Positions 48,330 to 62,085 of a DNA stretch of 64,000 nt are shown piece by piece. The notes below the pieces were generated by a model. That model was given only the letters and a program-made list of their open reading frames with translations, had not been told where the DNA came from and did not search any database. The position numbers and the translations under genes were made by a program. Each line of letters begins with the position of its first letter. Within the stretch, counting starts at the first letter, position 1. Origin of the DNA: Octopus sinensis (taxonomy: Eukaryota); NCBI RefSeq assembly GCF_006345805.1, contig NC_042998.1, positions 35,402,001-35,466,000 of the forward strand, written 5' to 3'.

Positions 48330-49060
48330 GATGGGATTCTTTCAGTTTCCATCTACCAAATCAACTCACAAGGCTTTGGTCGACTTGAGGCTGTAATAAA
48401 CGACACTTAGCCAATACGCTACGGCATGCAGTAGAACTGAACCCGGAACCATGTGGTTGAGAAGCAAACTTTTTACCAAACAGCCACACCCGCATCTGTT
48501 TCTTTACAAAGAATAAAGGTCCTAATTTCTCCCCTCCCACCGTATTGCGAAGCATAGCCTTATAATGATGTTCTCTTTCTCTTTCTTTTCCTACTCTCTT
48601 TCCTCTCCTCTTCTTCTCTCTCCCTCGTTTTCTCTCTCTCTCTCTCTCTTTCCTTTATGAGTATAGTGCTTTCATCTCATCTTGGTACTAAGGGACGTAA
48701 CGGCATAATACCGCATCACCCTCACTCACATTTAACGAAAGAAATTTTATACTCAGTTCTATATGAAATTCAATCAATAAAATTATTTCGGTTTCTGTAT
48801 TTCGATGTGTTTGAACTCCATTCAACGCATCGGGATTTATTTTATCAGGAAGTATTTCTCTGTAATTGACGATTGTTTAATTAATAAATCCACTGAGAAA
48901 CCTTTGCAATTAATTATATTCACGTCTTGTTTAAAAAAAAAACATTGTTTTACTATTTCTTTGATTTTTATTTTGGCATCGATAATACAAACATTGGGGA
49001 CGCTGTTTTCCCTTACAATGACTGGTCGTAACTTGTTTAAGATACAAAATGGAAGAAAGA

Positions 49061-49568
49061 GGTGCAGGCGTGGCTGTGTGGTAAGAAGTTTGCTTCCCGA
49101 CTCCATGGTTCCGGGTTCCGTCCCAATGCGTGGCACCTTCCGTGTTTTCTATTGTAGCATCAGGCCGACCAAGCCTTCTATGTGGATTTGGTAGACGGAA
49201 AGTGAAAACAAAAACCGTCATATATAAGTGTGCGTGTGTGTGTGTGCGTGTGTGTGCGTGTGTGTGTGTGTGCGTGTGCGCGTGCGTGTGTGCGTGTGCG
49301 CGTGCGTGTGTGTGTGTGCGTGCGTGTGTGTGTGCGTGCGTGTGTGTGCGTTCGTGTGTGTGTGTGTGCGTGTGTGTGCGTGTGTGTGTGTGTGCTTGTG
49401 TCTTTGCATCTGTGTTTGTCCCTCACTTAGCGGTTCGGCAAAATACGCCAATAGACTAAGTACCAGGTTTTATAAAAATAAATACTGGGGTTGATTTGTT
49501 CGACTAAAAATTCTTCAATGCAGTGCCCCAGCGTGGCCGCAGTCTAATGATGAAACAAGTAAAAGATA
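49061..49568 (+). mobile_element. SINE family A with an expanded internal (TG/TGCG)n
   Basis: Head/core, about 190 bp of microsatellite, then tail. Confidence 0.85.
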
Positions 49569-51567
49569 AATTGAGCTTATTCATGTTTGAAAGGTTAAAA
49601 GGTGAATAACGAATAAACATGGAGAATCTTCTCAAGAAAACACATCAACTTCAATCATCGACAAACACAACTGAAATTTTAACTTCGTTTTTTGTTGGTA
49701 AACAAGGGAACGAGTGAGTCAGGCTTGTCTCCCCCTTTGCTGTGTTGTACAAAGAACCCGCCTTGGATATGATGTATTAAGACGTTTCCTCGATATATGT
49801 GTTCAAATTCTGATAAGGTCGACTTTGTCTTTCACCCTTTCGGGGTCGGTAAAATAAGTAGTAGCTGCCCTTGTGTCAAAATTTGAAATCAATAGTTTTA
49901 TAATTCTTCCTTTCGTCCTTTCTGGTCGATAAAGTAAATACCAGTTGAACTCTGGGGCTGATATAATCAACTTACCCCGCCCTTGAAATTGTTGGCCTTG
50001 TACCAAAATTTGAAACCAATATTTTTATAATTCTTTCGGCAAATAAGAGTGATGACACCAGGAATGTCTCAATTTATTACAACCAAACGACGAGGTTGGG
50101 TGAACATAAAAACATTTACATCTTTTTTCTCAACCTATCCAACACATTCATTGCACAATATGTAAGTTCTTTATAAACATTTCTTAACAACCAAACACAT
50201 TTCCTCTTTTTTGTCTCTGTGAGAACGTATACGTAAGCAATATATATTACAACCGTTCTTGCGAAATAGTGAGAGAAGAAGCACCGAGTATTGGTACGAG
50301 AATGTACATTTGTCGGCATAGAAACTAGAAGTTTTGAGAGATTAAATTACATTAAGACAGCATCCACATGAAAAACAAATACGGGAAATCATAGATTTTG
50401 CTGTGCTGTATAATAGTAAAAGAAAAATAACAATGATTAAAATGTATACCGTTTAGCTTATACGTACAACTGCTGCCGTGAGAGAAGTAGGGGAAAAAAC
50501 GGCAAAACAGGCTCTTTAAAATAATGAGTTGTTGAAACTGAAATCATTATAACTGAGTTGAGAAAACCATTATCTAGTATCCTGAAGAAATTTCTTTCGA
50601 AATCTTTGGACGTCGAGAAAATGACAGGAAAGCTCATGTCATTAATTTGTTGGCGAATTGAAAATGGAAACTTTGAATTCTAATATAAACCCAAAGCAAC
50701 ATATTTTGAGAGACGGTTGCATATGGCCAGCTTTAGATTCTAATTATTATTGATAACAAAGTGTTACCATAACAGACAGCAACTCAAAATTCAGAATACT
50801 TTAGGATTTTTTGACGAGCCATCTGCTCCACGGCATAAAATTACGAGTCTAGAAAAGTGGTAAAACATAAGCACTTGAAGTCGGTGAAAAGGGGTTTCTT
50901 CATGGATGTGAGGTTCACTTCAAACGAGACCCTGGCATCAGGAGGTACAACTTCCTGCAAGAACTCACTGTTGAGTTTACTGCCAAAAATTGAGCCCCTT
51001 CGGAAAATAGAGACATCACTATATATTCCAATCCAAAATCTCATTGTGATTTTACCACCTTAACTTCTCAATGATGAGCTTCAATGGGACAAAGATATGC
51101 CTTATGCAGACGAACACTCGTTTAAATAAGATGACTATAAAAGAATTCTACTGTTATCCCCAGACGTGGTTTTCAGGCAATCTTGAAGAGAGATTCTATA
51201 AGAACAGAAATGATATGTCAGATAAAGAAAGAGATGAAAGAGAGAGACAAAACAGTCTTTCGTATTTAAAGAAATTAACTTGACAGAATGTATTACAGAG
51301 CCAAACGAATAATATAGACTTACAAAACTGATTTTAAATATTGGCACAAAGCCAGCAATTTCGGGAAATTGGGTAAGTCGGTTACATCGATCCTTCTACT
51401 CAGCGGGTATTTATTCTTGTGATTCCGAAAGAATGAAAGAATGTAATTCGATCTCGGCGGAATTTGAACTCAGACGGACGAAATGCCGCTAAGTATTTTG
51501 CTCGGTATGCTAACGATTTGGGCGGGTCGCTGCCTTAAAGACTTACAATATTAATACTAAAAACATA

Positions 51568-51960
51568 GGCGCAGGAGTGGCTGTGTGGTAAGTAGCTTGT
51601 TTACCAACCACATGGTTCTGGATTCAGTCCCACTGCGTGGCTCCTTGGGCGAGTGTCTTCTACTATAACCTCGGGCCGACCAAAGCCTTGTGAGTGGATT
51701 TGGTAGATGGAAACTGAAAGAAGCCCGCCGTATATATGTATATATATGCGTGTGTGTGTCTGTGTTTGTCCCCCTAGCATTGCTTGACAACCGATGCTAG
51801 TGTGTTTATGTCCCCGTTACTTAGCAGTTCGGCAAAAGAGACCGATAGAATAAGTACTGGGCTTACAAAAGAATAAGTCCCGGGGTCGAGTTGCTCGATT
51901 GAAGGCAGTGCTCCAGCATGGCCGCAGTCAAATGACTGAAACAAGTAAAAGAGTAAAAGA
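51568..51960 (+). mobile_element. SINE family A, near-consensus copy
   Basis: Complete head to tail with only a short TA/TG tract. Confidence 0.88.
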
Positions 51961-52427
51961 GGAGCTAAATACAAACAATAAATTAGCAAACATGAATATT
52001 TTAGCTGTTCCAGTAATAAATTACGGCTGCAATATTCTCTCAACGGCGCACTTAGTCATTTAGCAAGACAAGGAGAAAGACAAGGAATATGTTCGCTTCA
52101 TTTAGAATTCAATCCCCCAAATTGATGCCGGAAGATTAAATTTACCACAAATAATTGCTAAAAGAGACTGTTTACAACTAGTTATCATAGGATTGCCACT
52201 GGAAGACTACAGAATAATGACAAGCTGATACAAAACACACAAACAAAACAAAAAGCTGTTTTGTCTTCGAGGGAGCCAAATGGACGAAACCATTGCCCTG
52301 AGAAACCAACGACCTAAGAAACTCAAAAAAGTATGTTGACATCAACCGCTCACAATCTCGGGAAGTTTCTCTCCATCTAATATACATGTGCCTTAGGTCT
52401 CTGGTTGAGACCCGGTCGGAAGATTAA

Positions 52428-52650
52428 CCCATTAAGTCCCAGAGTACTTAGATTTCTGAATATTACTTTTAAATGTTTACAAATGATTGAAAATAGGTTA
52501 AAATGGAAAAAATAATTATTAAAACTCCTTTACTTCAAGTAGAAATGGGAATACTCGGTGTCCTATAAATAGGACATTGAGACAATGCGATGTAGCTTAT
52601 TTAATGTTCTCATTTAGTGTCCTATTTATAGGACAGTGGGGCTTAATGGG
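52428..52650. mobile_element. piggyBac-type MITE (223 bp)
   Basis: TTAA|CCCATTAAGTCCC ... GGGGCTTAATGGG|TTAA, with internal inverted tgtcctataaataggaca / tgtcctatttataggaca. Confidence 0.88.
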
Positions 52651-52734
52651 TTAAATAAAGTGCAATTCAATCAGAAGTAAAAAAAGAAGAAGGAGGAGAG
52701 GGAGGAGGAGGAGAAAAGCTCCGCACTGAATAGC

Positions 52735-55620
52735 AACATGGATGTGCTACACCGGGCTCTCCATACAAAAACAAATCTAATCCAATAACATTGGTGGAAT
52801 GGGAAAAAGGAACCTGTGAAAGACTAGAACGAAGCGGCCTTTTAACGAAAATAATCACAAAACGAAAGTTTACTACCATACAAAGCACAGTTTCTTCCAT
52901 GCACGATATCTCAGTGGAACATGTGCGAAAGATACATGCGAAATCAACATCGGAAAGTTTACAAATTATAAAATATAAGTGGAACAAAACAGTAAATACG
53001 GAAATTGATTAATTGCGCCTACTCTTGAATGTCTATACAATTATATATATATATATATATTGATACCCCTAGGACTACACATACATCCCAATGTTTACAC
53101 AACTACGTGAAATTTACAAGACACACATACACGCTTATGAAAGCATGTGTCACAAACGAAGCAAAAAATTTTTTTTTTTATTTTTATTTTACGAACTAAC
53201 ACAGACAATGTGAAATATTCATATTCATATTTAAAACCACCACAGGAGCAAAAGTGGGAGGGTATCAAGATAGAGGATGTAAGATCTGCTCTCAGGAAAT
53301 CAAACAAATGGAAGTCTCGAGGAAAGGATAAAATTCCTAACTTCTGGTTGAATGCCTTCCCAGAAAGCCATGAACTACTAATAAAACTTTACAATGTTTT
53401 GCAACAACCTACTATGATTCCTTCTTGGCTAGTAAATAGAGTAACATTCCTACTTCCAAAAAATGAAAAAACAAACGAACCAAAAACTTATAGACCGATA
53501 ACCTACTTAACAACAATGTATAAAATATTAGTATCTGTCTTGACTGAATATATCTATAGTTTTTAATAGAAAGTGGGATATTCCCTAATGAGCACAAAAG
53601 GATGTAAACGTGGGTCTTATGGTTGTAAAGATCAGTTATTCATCAATAAGATGATCTTTGCAGATTGTTACAAACAGCCCAAAAATTTGTCAATAGCCTG
53701 GATAGACTATAAAAATGCTTTTGATAGTCTACCACATGGCTGGATTAAGAAATGTCTGGAAATGTATAAAATAGCACCTACTCTGCGAAACTTCTTAAGT
53801 ATGAGATCACGGAAAAACGCACCGACTTTGAACAGTGACAATAAATCTCTCAATGCTGGCGATATAAGAATTTCATGCGGCATTTTCCAGGGTGACTCTC
53901 TATCTCTTTTGTCAAGCCTTAATACCTCTCTCGAAATTGCTTGATGGTGTACAATATGGCTATAAAATATTTGATAAAAATATAGATCATCTCTTTTACA
54001 TGGATGATTTAAAGGTCATTGCAAAAAATTACCAATAACTACAGGGCTTACTAGCAATTGTTAAACAATTCCATCAGGATGGAATTTGGCGTCAATAAAT
54101 GTAAAAAAGTTACCTTTATCAAAGGCAAAATGATAGAAACATCCTATGTTAATCTTGACCAACAGAATGTCATAAAGAAGTTAGAACCAGTGGAGAACTA
54201 CAAATACCTAGGAGTATTTGAAGGTGATGAAATCAAACATTCAATGATGAAGGAAAGGATCAGAAAAGAATGTTATCGCAGGGTAAGGGCAATATTCAAG
54301 ATAGAGCTGAATGCAAGAAACAAGATCAAAGCGATCAATGCTTTAGCCATACCAGTCGTGACTTACAGTTTCAGTATCATTAACTGGTTAATTACTGAAA
54401 TATGTAATCTTGACAGAAACATACGAAAATAGACGACAATGCATAGAATGCACCACCCTATGGAGATACAGAACGACTTTACCTGCGGAGAAAAGAGGGA
54501 GGCCGTGGACTTTTACAACTGGAATTAACAATAAAGATTGGCACAATTGGCCTAGATACCTACCTGAAAAACTCTGAGGACTAGATGTTAAAACTTGTCT
54601 TACAGTATGAAAACAAGAAAGCATCATGCTCAGTAACAAAACAGGCAAAGGAATACTAAAGGGAATTCCAAATGCAACAAATCCCAGAATTAGACGTACT
54701 GGAAACAAGCACAGAAAAAGCTAAGCATGTGAAAACCCGTGCTAAAACTGCCGCCTTAGATATTCTTAATGATAAATGCCAAGAAATACTTCTCAATGGC
54801 AAAAACCCAAAGAGAGCTAATAGTGCCGATGTTGACAAAACCCTTACCAACCAATGGTTAGTGTCTTCTGTCCTAAAATCAGATACAGAAGGGTTTATCA
54901 TAGCAGCCCATGATCAATGTCTACCTACAAGGAACTACCAGGCCAACATCTTAAAGAACAGCGGTATCTTATGTCGTGTATGTAAAAACAAAATGAAACC
55001 ATTGATCATGTTGTCTCCATGTGCAATCTTCTTGCGCCAACAGAGTATCTCAAATAGGCATGATAGAGCAGCACAATATATTCACTGGGTAATTTGCAAA
55101 AACTTGGATCTGCCCCATGATAAAAACTGATGGGAATACAAACCATCTCCACTACTTGAAAATGACCACATCTCACTCCTTTGGAACTTACACCGTTCAA
55201 ACTGACAGGAAGATAGATGCGAATAGGTCAGACATCATACAATAGGAAGCCGGACGCAAGTCTTAATTGAGAAAGAAAACAAACTATGCTGGATCATAGA
55301 TATAGCATGCCCAGCAGACAACAAGGTATGCGATAAGGAAGAAAGAAAAGTCGAGAGATATGACAGGTTAGCTTGGGAAGTTAAACAGTTGTGGTCGATC
55401 AAAAAGGTAGCAGTAGTGCCAATAATAGTCAGAGCCCTGGGAACAGTAAGCAAAAAATCTTGAAAAGTACGTGGAACAAATAGGGGCTGCAATAAGGTTG
55501 GAGCACTTGCAGAAAACAGCACTGCTTGAAACCGCTCGAATACTCCGGAAGGTGCTCGAAAAATAAGAGGTAGGGAACATCTGACACTGTAGTACATCTC
55601 CAGCGTTAGAAGTTGTGCAA
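52735..55620 (+). mobile_element. Degenerate R4/Dong-clade non-LTR retrotransposon (RT plus restriction-like endonuclease)
   Basis: YRPITYLTTMYK, KGCKRGSYGCKDQL, WIDYKNAFDS, GIFQGDSLS, FYMDDLK, YKYLG, CRVC, RHD and IDIACPAD..KVERYDRL..VVPIIV.ALG. Multiple frameshifts; ends at (TAA)n 55625-55677. Confidence 0.9.
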
Positions 55621-55631
55621 AGTCAATGATG

Positions 55632-55677
<46 letters not shown>

Positions 55678-55879
55678 GGGTTGAACAAGTAAAGGATAGG
55701 TGCGGGGAGGAAACAGAGGCAATAACATTCTGAGAAAATGAAAATTATCCTAAAAATGGAAGCCAGAGGCAGTTATGCTAAACAATAGTAAGAAAATTTC
55801 CTACATGACCGTTGATCGAAAATCTTTAATAGTTGGGAACAGACAAAGAAAATTGACGGCACAGGTTGAGAAAGGAGGA

Positions 55880-56350
55880 AACCAAAGCAAAGACGAAAAT
55901 ATCTTTAATTGCATCACGGGATAAAAGCCTTCAACACAAATATTACCTGAAACACGTAACGCAACAAAATACATTAAAGCAACTATAGAGTTTAAAAAGA
56001 TTACGAAGAAGCAATTAGCCAAGCACATTATATCTGTTTACCTAGTCTTATCCGAAAGATTATATGGCTGCAGGTATAAAATAGCAGAACCTTTCATACA
56101 CCGGAAATTAAGCCAGAATTATGAAAGGTTTTCATAAAAATGACAAAGCGACCGTACTCTTGGATATGACAAGCCAAATAGAGAAGGAGATAAGGGAATA
56201 ATCGAGCGGATATTTTTGTCATGGCCAGGAAATACTACTTGATCGAAGTATCAGTCCCAACAGACTATAATGTATATCTAAAAGGAATGGAGAAATTATT
56301 CAAATAGAATGACCTGGAAATAGAGATAACCAGAATGTAAGGAGTGAAAA
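55880..56350 (+). mobile_element. Older R4/Dong-like C-terminal fragment
   Basis: IASRDKSLQHKYY, HIIS and YLIEVSVPTDYNV..EK..K*NDLEIEITRM are endonuclease-domain motifs. Confidence 0.7.
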
Positions 56351-57323
56351 ATAGAAAAGGCAAGAAAATATCGCTATAACAATAGAATTCTTGGAAATTA
56401 TTTTTTTTTAAATCTAACTGCATAACACTATGATAAACACACACATATATATATACAACATATAGTAAACCAGCATTCCAGCCAGTACGTACATATTCCA
56501 CTGCGAACTATTATTCATCGCCAATGGTCAGAAAGAAAACATCAGTAAGTGTATATTGATTCCCAGGCATTTTTAAAATGTTACAAAACCAACAATGTTT
56601 TTTTAGATTCTGCAAATATTTTGCTTGGCAAAGTGCCTTTCACCTTCTTCTCCTGAAGAGCCTGGTCAACAACAGGTTCTGATAAGTTTCAATATTTGGA
56701 AATTAGACATGATTCTGACATTGATAAATTGTCCCTTTCCGTTCTAAACGGCGGTTTCAACCTTGACGACGCCATATTGTTATAATTAAAACTAGTTTAG
56801 TCTTTTGTGACATATCTCCTCATTTATTGCACAGTTCAACACCAAATTGATTTCAATAAAACAGTGGTAATTCCAGTTCCAGTTGCCGTCGTCGTCGTCG
56901 TCGTTGTTGTTGTTGTTGTTGTTGTTGTTGTTGCTGCTGCTGCTGCTGCTGTTGTTGTTGTTCTCTTCTTTTCATTCTTTTTCTATTATTTTTTCTTCTT
57001 CAGGTGATAGTGATAGTGGTGATGGTGATGGTGGTGGTGATGGTGATAGTGATGATGGTGTTAGAGATGTCGAGGTAGTGAGGGTGGTGGTAGTGGGAAT
57101 AGAGTGGTGGTTGTGGTGGTGGTGGTGGTGGTGGTGGTGGTGTGGTGGTGGTGGTGGTGGTGGTAGTGGTGGTGGTTGTAGCCGTGGTGGTCATGCTGCT
57201 TGTGGCGTTGGTGAAGATGGCTTTGACAGTCGTGAAGGGGCTTAACCCAAAACAGACCAAATGAGGAAGACTTACAACTACAACCTTTTTCGCAACTAAG
57301 ACTATACTTTCTGACGGTAACCA

Positions 57324-57555
57324 GCGGCGAGCTGGCAGAAACGTTAGCACGCCGGGCGAAATGCTTAGCAGTATTTCGTCTACCGTTACGTTCTGAGTTC
57401 AAATTCCGCCGAGGTCGACTTTGCCTTTCATCCTTTCGGGGTCGATTAAATAAGTACCAGTTAGGCACTGGGTCGATGTAATCAACTTAATCCGTTTGTC
57501 TGTCCTTGTTTGTCCTCTCTATGTTTAGCCCCTTGTAGGTAGTAAAGAAATAGGT
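57324..57555 (+). mobile_element. SINE family B, near-consensus copy
   Basis: Complete head to tail, ending gtagtaaagaaataggta. Confidence 0.88.
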
Positions 57556-57867
57556 AACCTTTGTTTTTCTTTTTTTCTGAGGGCTATGTGATTACTATTT
57601 CTCGTTGATCAAATCAAACAGTCGCGTAGAGTCATCCGCAATTTTTCTACATGCCATATTATACGAACGGACTCTCAAGTAAGAAGCTTGTTTCCCAACC
57701 ACATAGTTCCATGGTACCTTCAGCTTCTTCTATAGCCTTGGATCGACTGAAACCTTGTGAGTGGACTTTGGAGACGGAAATTGAAAGAAGACCGTCGTAT
57801 GTGTATATATATATATATATACATACAGGAATGCTGTGATACAGTAAATTGGATTAGATAGATAGAT

Positions 57868-57946
<79 letters not shown>

Positions 57947-58060
57947 TTTCACTATTATTTGCCTATGAGTCAGTGAAAATGTACCAGTTGAATCCTGCGG
58001 CGGCTGTAATCGACTTATCTCAGCCCCTTAATTTCAGGCCTCGTACCTATAATAGAAAGG

Positions 58061-58110
<50 letters not shown>

Positions 58111-58111
<1 letters not shown>

Positions 58112-58673
58112 GAGTGAGTGAGAGAGCAGTGCATGCCATCAAAGTGACACTGGGGTAAAATATACGAAGCCCAGTATGCCCATCATGACTACCCGTTTGA
58201 TAAGGGTACACTAGGCACATGTATCACAACCATATGTGAGCGACATGGTGATCTCATATCAAGATAAACATCACATGACCTTGCAGGTGGGGCCCAGTTA
58301 GAATTTTCTTCTGGTCGAGTAGCCCATCCCGCTCAAAAGGTCCCTGAATAACGGTTGTTTAAGGATGTTGAACGAAACACCCATGTTTCAAAACGTGAAT
58401 TATCCAAACCCCAAAGAATTCCTTTCAACACATGGCTATGATGCTCCCCCACTACTTCTGCTCGTGATCAGAGATGCACATATCGTCAGCCACTAAGGGA
58501 CATGCTCAACTGGTTAAGGTCAAACAATTGACAAGCAAATCTGTGGTATTGAGCAGAATATTTTCTGTGGCCCATCTTTTATACCAAGACAAAACAATGT
58601 ACATGATAACACTTCCAATCAGTTAAGATCAGAAGCCATGAGAGCCACTGCCTGGTACTGCATCAGGGCATTT
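58111..58673 (-). mobile_element. Family D element, copy 2, in an (ATT)n tract
   Basis: Matches 28491-29048; ATT/GTT tracts on both sides. Confidence 0.85.
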
Positions 58674-58700
58674 ATTATTATTATTATCATTATTATTATT

Positions 58701-58748
<48 letters not shown>

Positions 58749-58755
58749 ATTGTTA

Positions 58756-58796
<41 letters not shown>

Positions 58797-58807
58797 ATTG
58801 TTGTTGT

Positions 58808-58888
<81 letters not shown>

Positions 58889-59094
58889 TAAGGCGGTTAA
58901 CTGGCAGAATCGTTAGCACGCCGAACAAAATGCTAGGCTGTATTTCGTCCGTTCTTACAGTCTGAAGTTCAAATTCTGCCGAGGTCGTTTTGTCATTCAG
59001 CCTTTCGGGGTCGATAAAATAAATACTGGTCAAATACTATAATCAACTAGCCCCTTCCCCTAAAATTTCAAGCCTTGTGCCTATAGCAGAAAGG

Positions 59095-59125
<31 letters not shown>

Positions 59126-59301
59126 TTATAAAACTATGATAACATAAAGAGTAGATTTAGCAGTGTATGTATGTATATCGCTTTGATGGCTACCACGCTC
59201 TGACAGACAAACGTTTTAGTCCTGTAACACGATCTCAGATCTGATGTCTGACCAAACAAGTTTAACTCGCGCTTGTGTGTGTGTGTGTGTGTGTGTGTGA
59301 G

Positions 59302-59338
<37 letters not shown>

Positions 59339-59786
59339 CTTTTGGCAGTATACAAGAGACATTTTCTACGAAGTTAGAAGAAAAAAATTCCGAGTTAACA
59401 AACAATTTATCCACCCTAGTTTTGACAAACAAACGGACGAACGCTGTTCTCGGGACAGTCGGCTGTTCCGTGCTTTTCCAGTTTAATTCATATATTTTAT
59501 TTTTCGCTTGCTTGATGTCGTCTGCTGTCTATACGTATGTCGGTGCGCGCGTGTGTGTGTGTGTGTGCATTTGCATATGTACTGAGGTAGTTCCAAACAT
59601 ATGATCTGGATGGTTAATTACGGATTCTGTAGAGAGTAGAATTGACAATGATTGATGAAAACCTTAAATACTGTCGCTAAGCTAAATACTTGCTTCTGTA
59701 AACAGATGGCTTCCGGATTATTGACTCGTTCCGCACTGGAACATGATCTGCAGAACAATATTTACTTCACACTCCTCTTATCTGAT

Positions 59787-60275
59787 CTGATGATGATGAT
59801 GATGACGATGATGATGATGATGATGATGACGACGACCACGACGACCACGACCACGACGACCACGACGACGACGATGATGATGATGGTGATAATGATGATG
59901 ATGACGATGATGATGACGACGATGATGACGATGATGATGATGACGACGATGATGACGACGACGATGATGGTGACGATGATGATGATGACGACGACGATGA
60001 TGATGACGATGATGATGATAATGATGACGACGACGACGAGGAGGAGGAGGAGGACGACGATGATGATGATGATGATAACGACGACGGCGATGATGATGAT
60101 GATGACGATGATGATCATGATGACGACGACGATGATGATGATGAGGAGGAGGAGGATGACGATGATGATGATGATGACGACGACGACGATGATGACGATG
60201 ATGATGACGACGGTGACGACGATAATGATGACGACGATGACGACGATAATGATGATGACGATGATGATGATGCTG
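59787..60275. repeat. Long (GAT/GAC/GAG)n trinucleotide tract
   Basis: Direct inspection; source of the poly-M/T, poly-I/V and poly-H/R ORFs. Confidence 0.95.
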
Positions 60276-60711
60276 TTCGTCGACGTCTTCCTTGCCGTCG
60301 TCGTCGTCATTATGAAGACGGTTGTTACCGCGAAAACAGTAAAACGAGAAATTAACACCCTTCGGTGTCATAAAGATGTGAAGGCAATAAACATCTCGAA
60401 AGAATACATAAAATGATTCTGGGTCCGTTGTTAGACGCTGATGAATTCTAATTAATGAGAAACGAACGGAAGAAATCCGCTACCTTGTCACGTGATTGTC
60501 GTGCTAATTAGCCGTTCTGATTGGTCAGTAGATTCAGACTGCCACAGATTCCACAATGTAATATAAATGATTAACCTCCTTTTTTTCTCTCTTTTTGCAG
60601 TATAGTTTTATTATACTAGCTAAACAGACTAAGCGAATTGTGAGAGTTACGAAGAAGTGAGGGCAGAATTAGTCGGTCGGTCTCAGTTCAAATCCCAGCT
60701 CCGATCTATTA

Positions 60712-61013
60712 TCTTTATATATAAAAGTGAAGTTGTGTGAGTGTCTGTCTCCTACGATTTAGATTCCTAACTACTCCCACATTTTGCGGTGCAGTGTAAC
60801 CAAAACCGGGTATCTTATAGTCGTGATTCATATCGAGCCCTTCTGGGTATTAGCGCACGTCTACGATGAGTCTACGATTTAAAAAAAATTTACCATCATT
60901 TTTTCCCATTTTTAATGCATTCTTTTGCTATTATGTAAGGGAAGTAACTCTCTAAAAATGCTTATATAGTTATTTCCCTTACAAACCCGAGCAACGCCGG
61001 GCAATACTGCTAG
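60712..61013 (+). mobile_element. Non-autonomous Helitron (same family as 11136-11533)
   Basis: A|TCTTTATATATAAAAG...CCCGAGCAACGCCGGG..CTGCTAG|T. Confidence 0.88.
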
Positions 61014-61211
61014 TATTCGATAAAATAAGTATAATTCAAACTGATCCGGTCTGGAGGTCCAGACTACTTGAACGTATACTTACACCACCAGTGCCCGACC
61101 TGCGATAGAGCTTTCTGAGCCCGCATCAGACTGATAGGACCCAACCGGTCACACTGCGCCACGTCTTTTTCTCCCATGTGATAGACGAACTAATAATAAT
61201 AGTATTAATAA

Positions 61212-61825
61212 TAATCTTTTCTCCTATAGGCACAGGGCCTGAAATTTGGAGGAGGGGCTAGTCTATTAGATCGATCCCAGTGTTTCACTGGTACTTAATT
61301 TATCGACCCCGAAGAGATGAAAGGCAAAGTCGACACCGGCTAAGCATTTCGCCAGGCATGGTAGCGATTCTGCCAGCTCGCCGCCTTAATAATAACAATG
61401 ATTTCAAATTTTTGCCACAAAGGCAGCTTGTGGGAGGGGATTAACTCGATTACATCGACCCCAGTGTTTCACTGATACTTAATTTATCGACCCCGAAATG
61501 ACGAAAGGCGAAGTCGACATCGGTGGAATTTGAACTCAGAAAGTAGCGACGGACGAAATACCGCTAAGCATTTCACCCAACACGCTAACGACTCTGCCAG
61601 CTCGCCGCCTTAATAATAATGATAATGGTTTCAAATTTTGCCACAGAGCAGCAGTTTTGAGGGAGAGGGACTAGACGATTACATCGACCCCAGTGTTTCA
61701 CTGGTACTTATTTTATCGGCCCTGAAAGGATGAAAGGCAAAGTCGACCTCGGCGGAATTTGAACTCAGAACATAACGACGGGCATTTTGTCCATCGTGCT
61801 AACGATTCTGCCAGCTTGCAGCCTT
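61212..61825 (-). mobile_element. Tandem array of three family B SINE units
   Basis: Repeated core/head with taataat linkers. Confidence 0.8.
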
Positions 61826-62085
61826 AACAACAACAACAACAACAACAACAACAAGAGCACTCAGAATGCGCAAACCTCCACTCTGGCAACACCAGTGTTC
61901 TCTCAATGATTAGCTGGAGATGATTTTTAAGATGAGAATATCTAAAATAAACTCGACTGCTCTCACAAACGAGAATACTAAAAATGAACCCGACCGCTCT
62001 CAAAAATTAAGTTAAAAAAAAAAAACAGGGAAAATAATCTAGAATCCTTATCCTGTACCAGATTGATCCGAAAATCTAATCAGTG

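Noticed and set aside
50400-51063. Possible Kolobok-type end (TTAA|GGTGGT on the minus strand) with coding-like interior
   Set aside because: No matching second terminus or recognisable transposase motif.
56530-56780. Short ATG-led frames and a CA|GTAAGT donor
   Set aside because: Frames close within 30-55 codons and resemble no known protein.
59652-60416. 254-aa, 198-aa and 197-aa ORFs
   Set aside because: Open only because the (GAT/GAC)n tract lacks stops in those frames; the products are homopolymeric.
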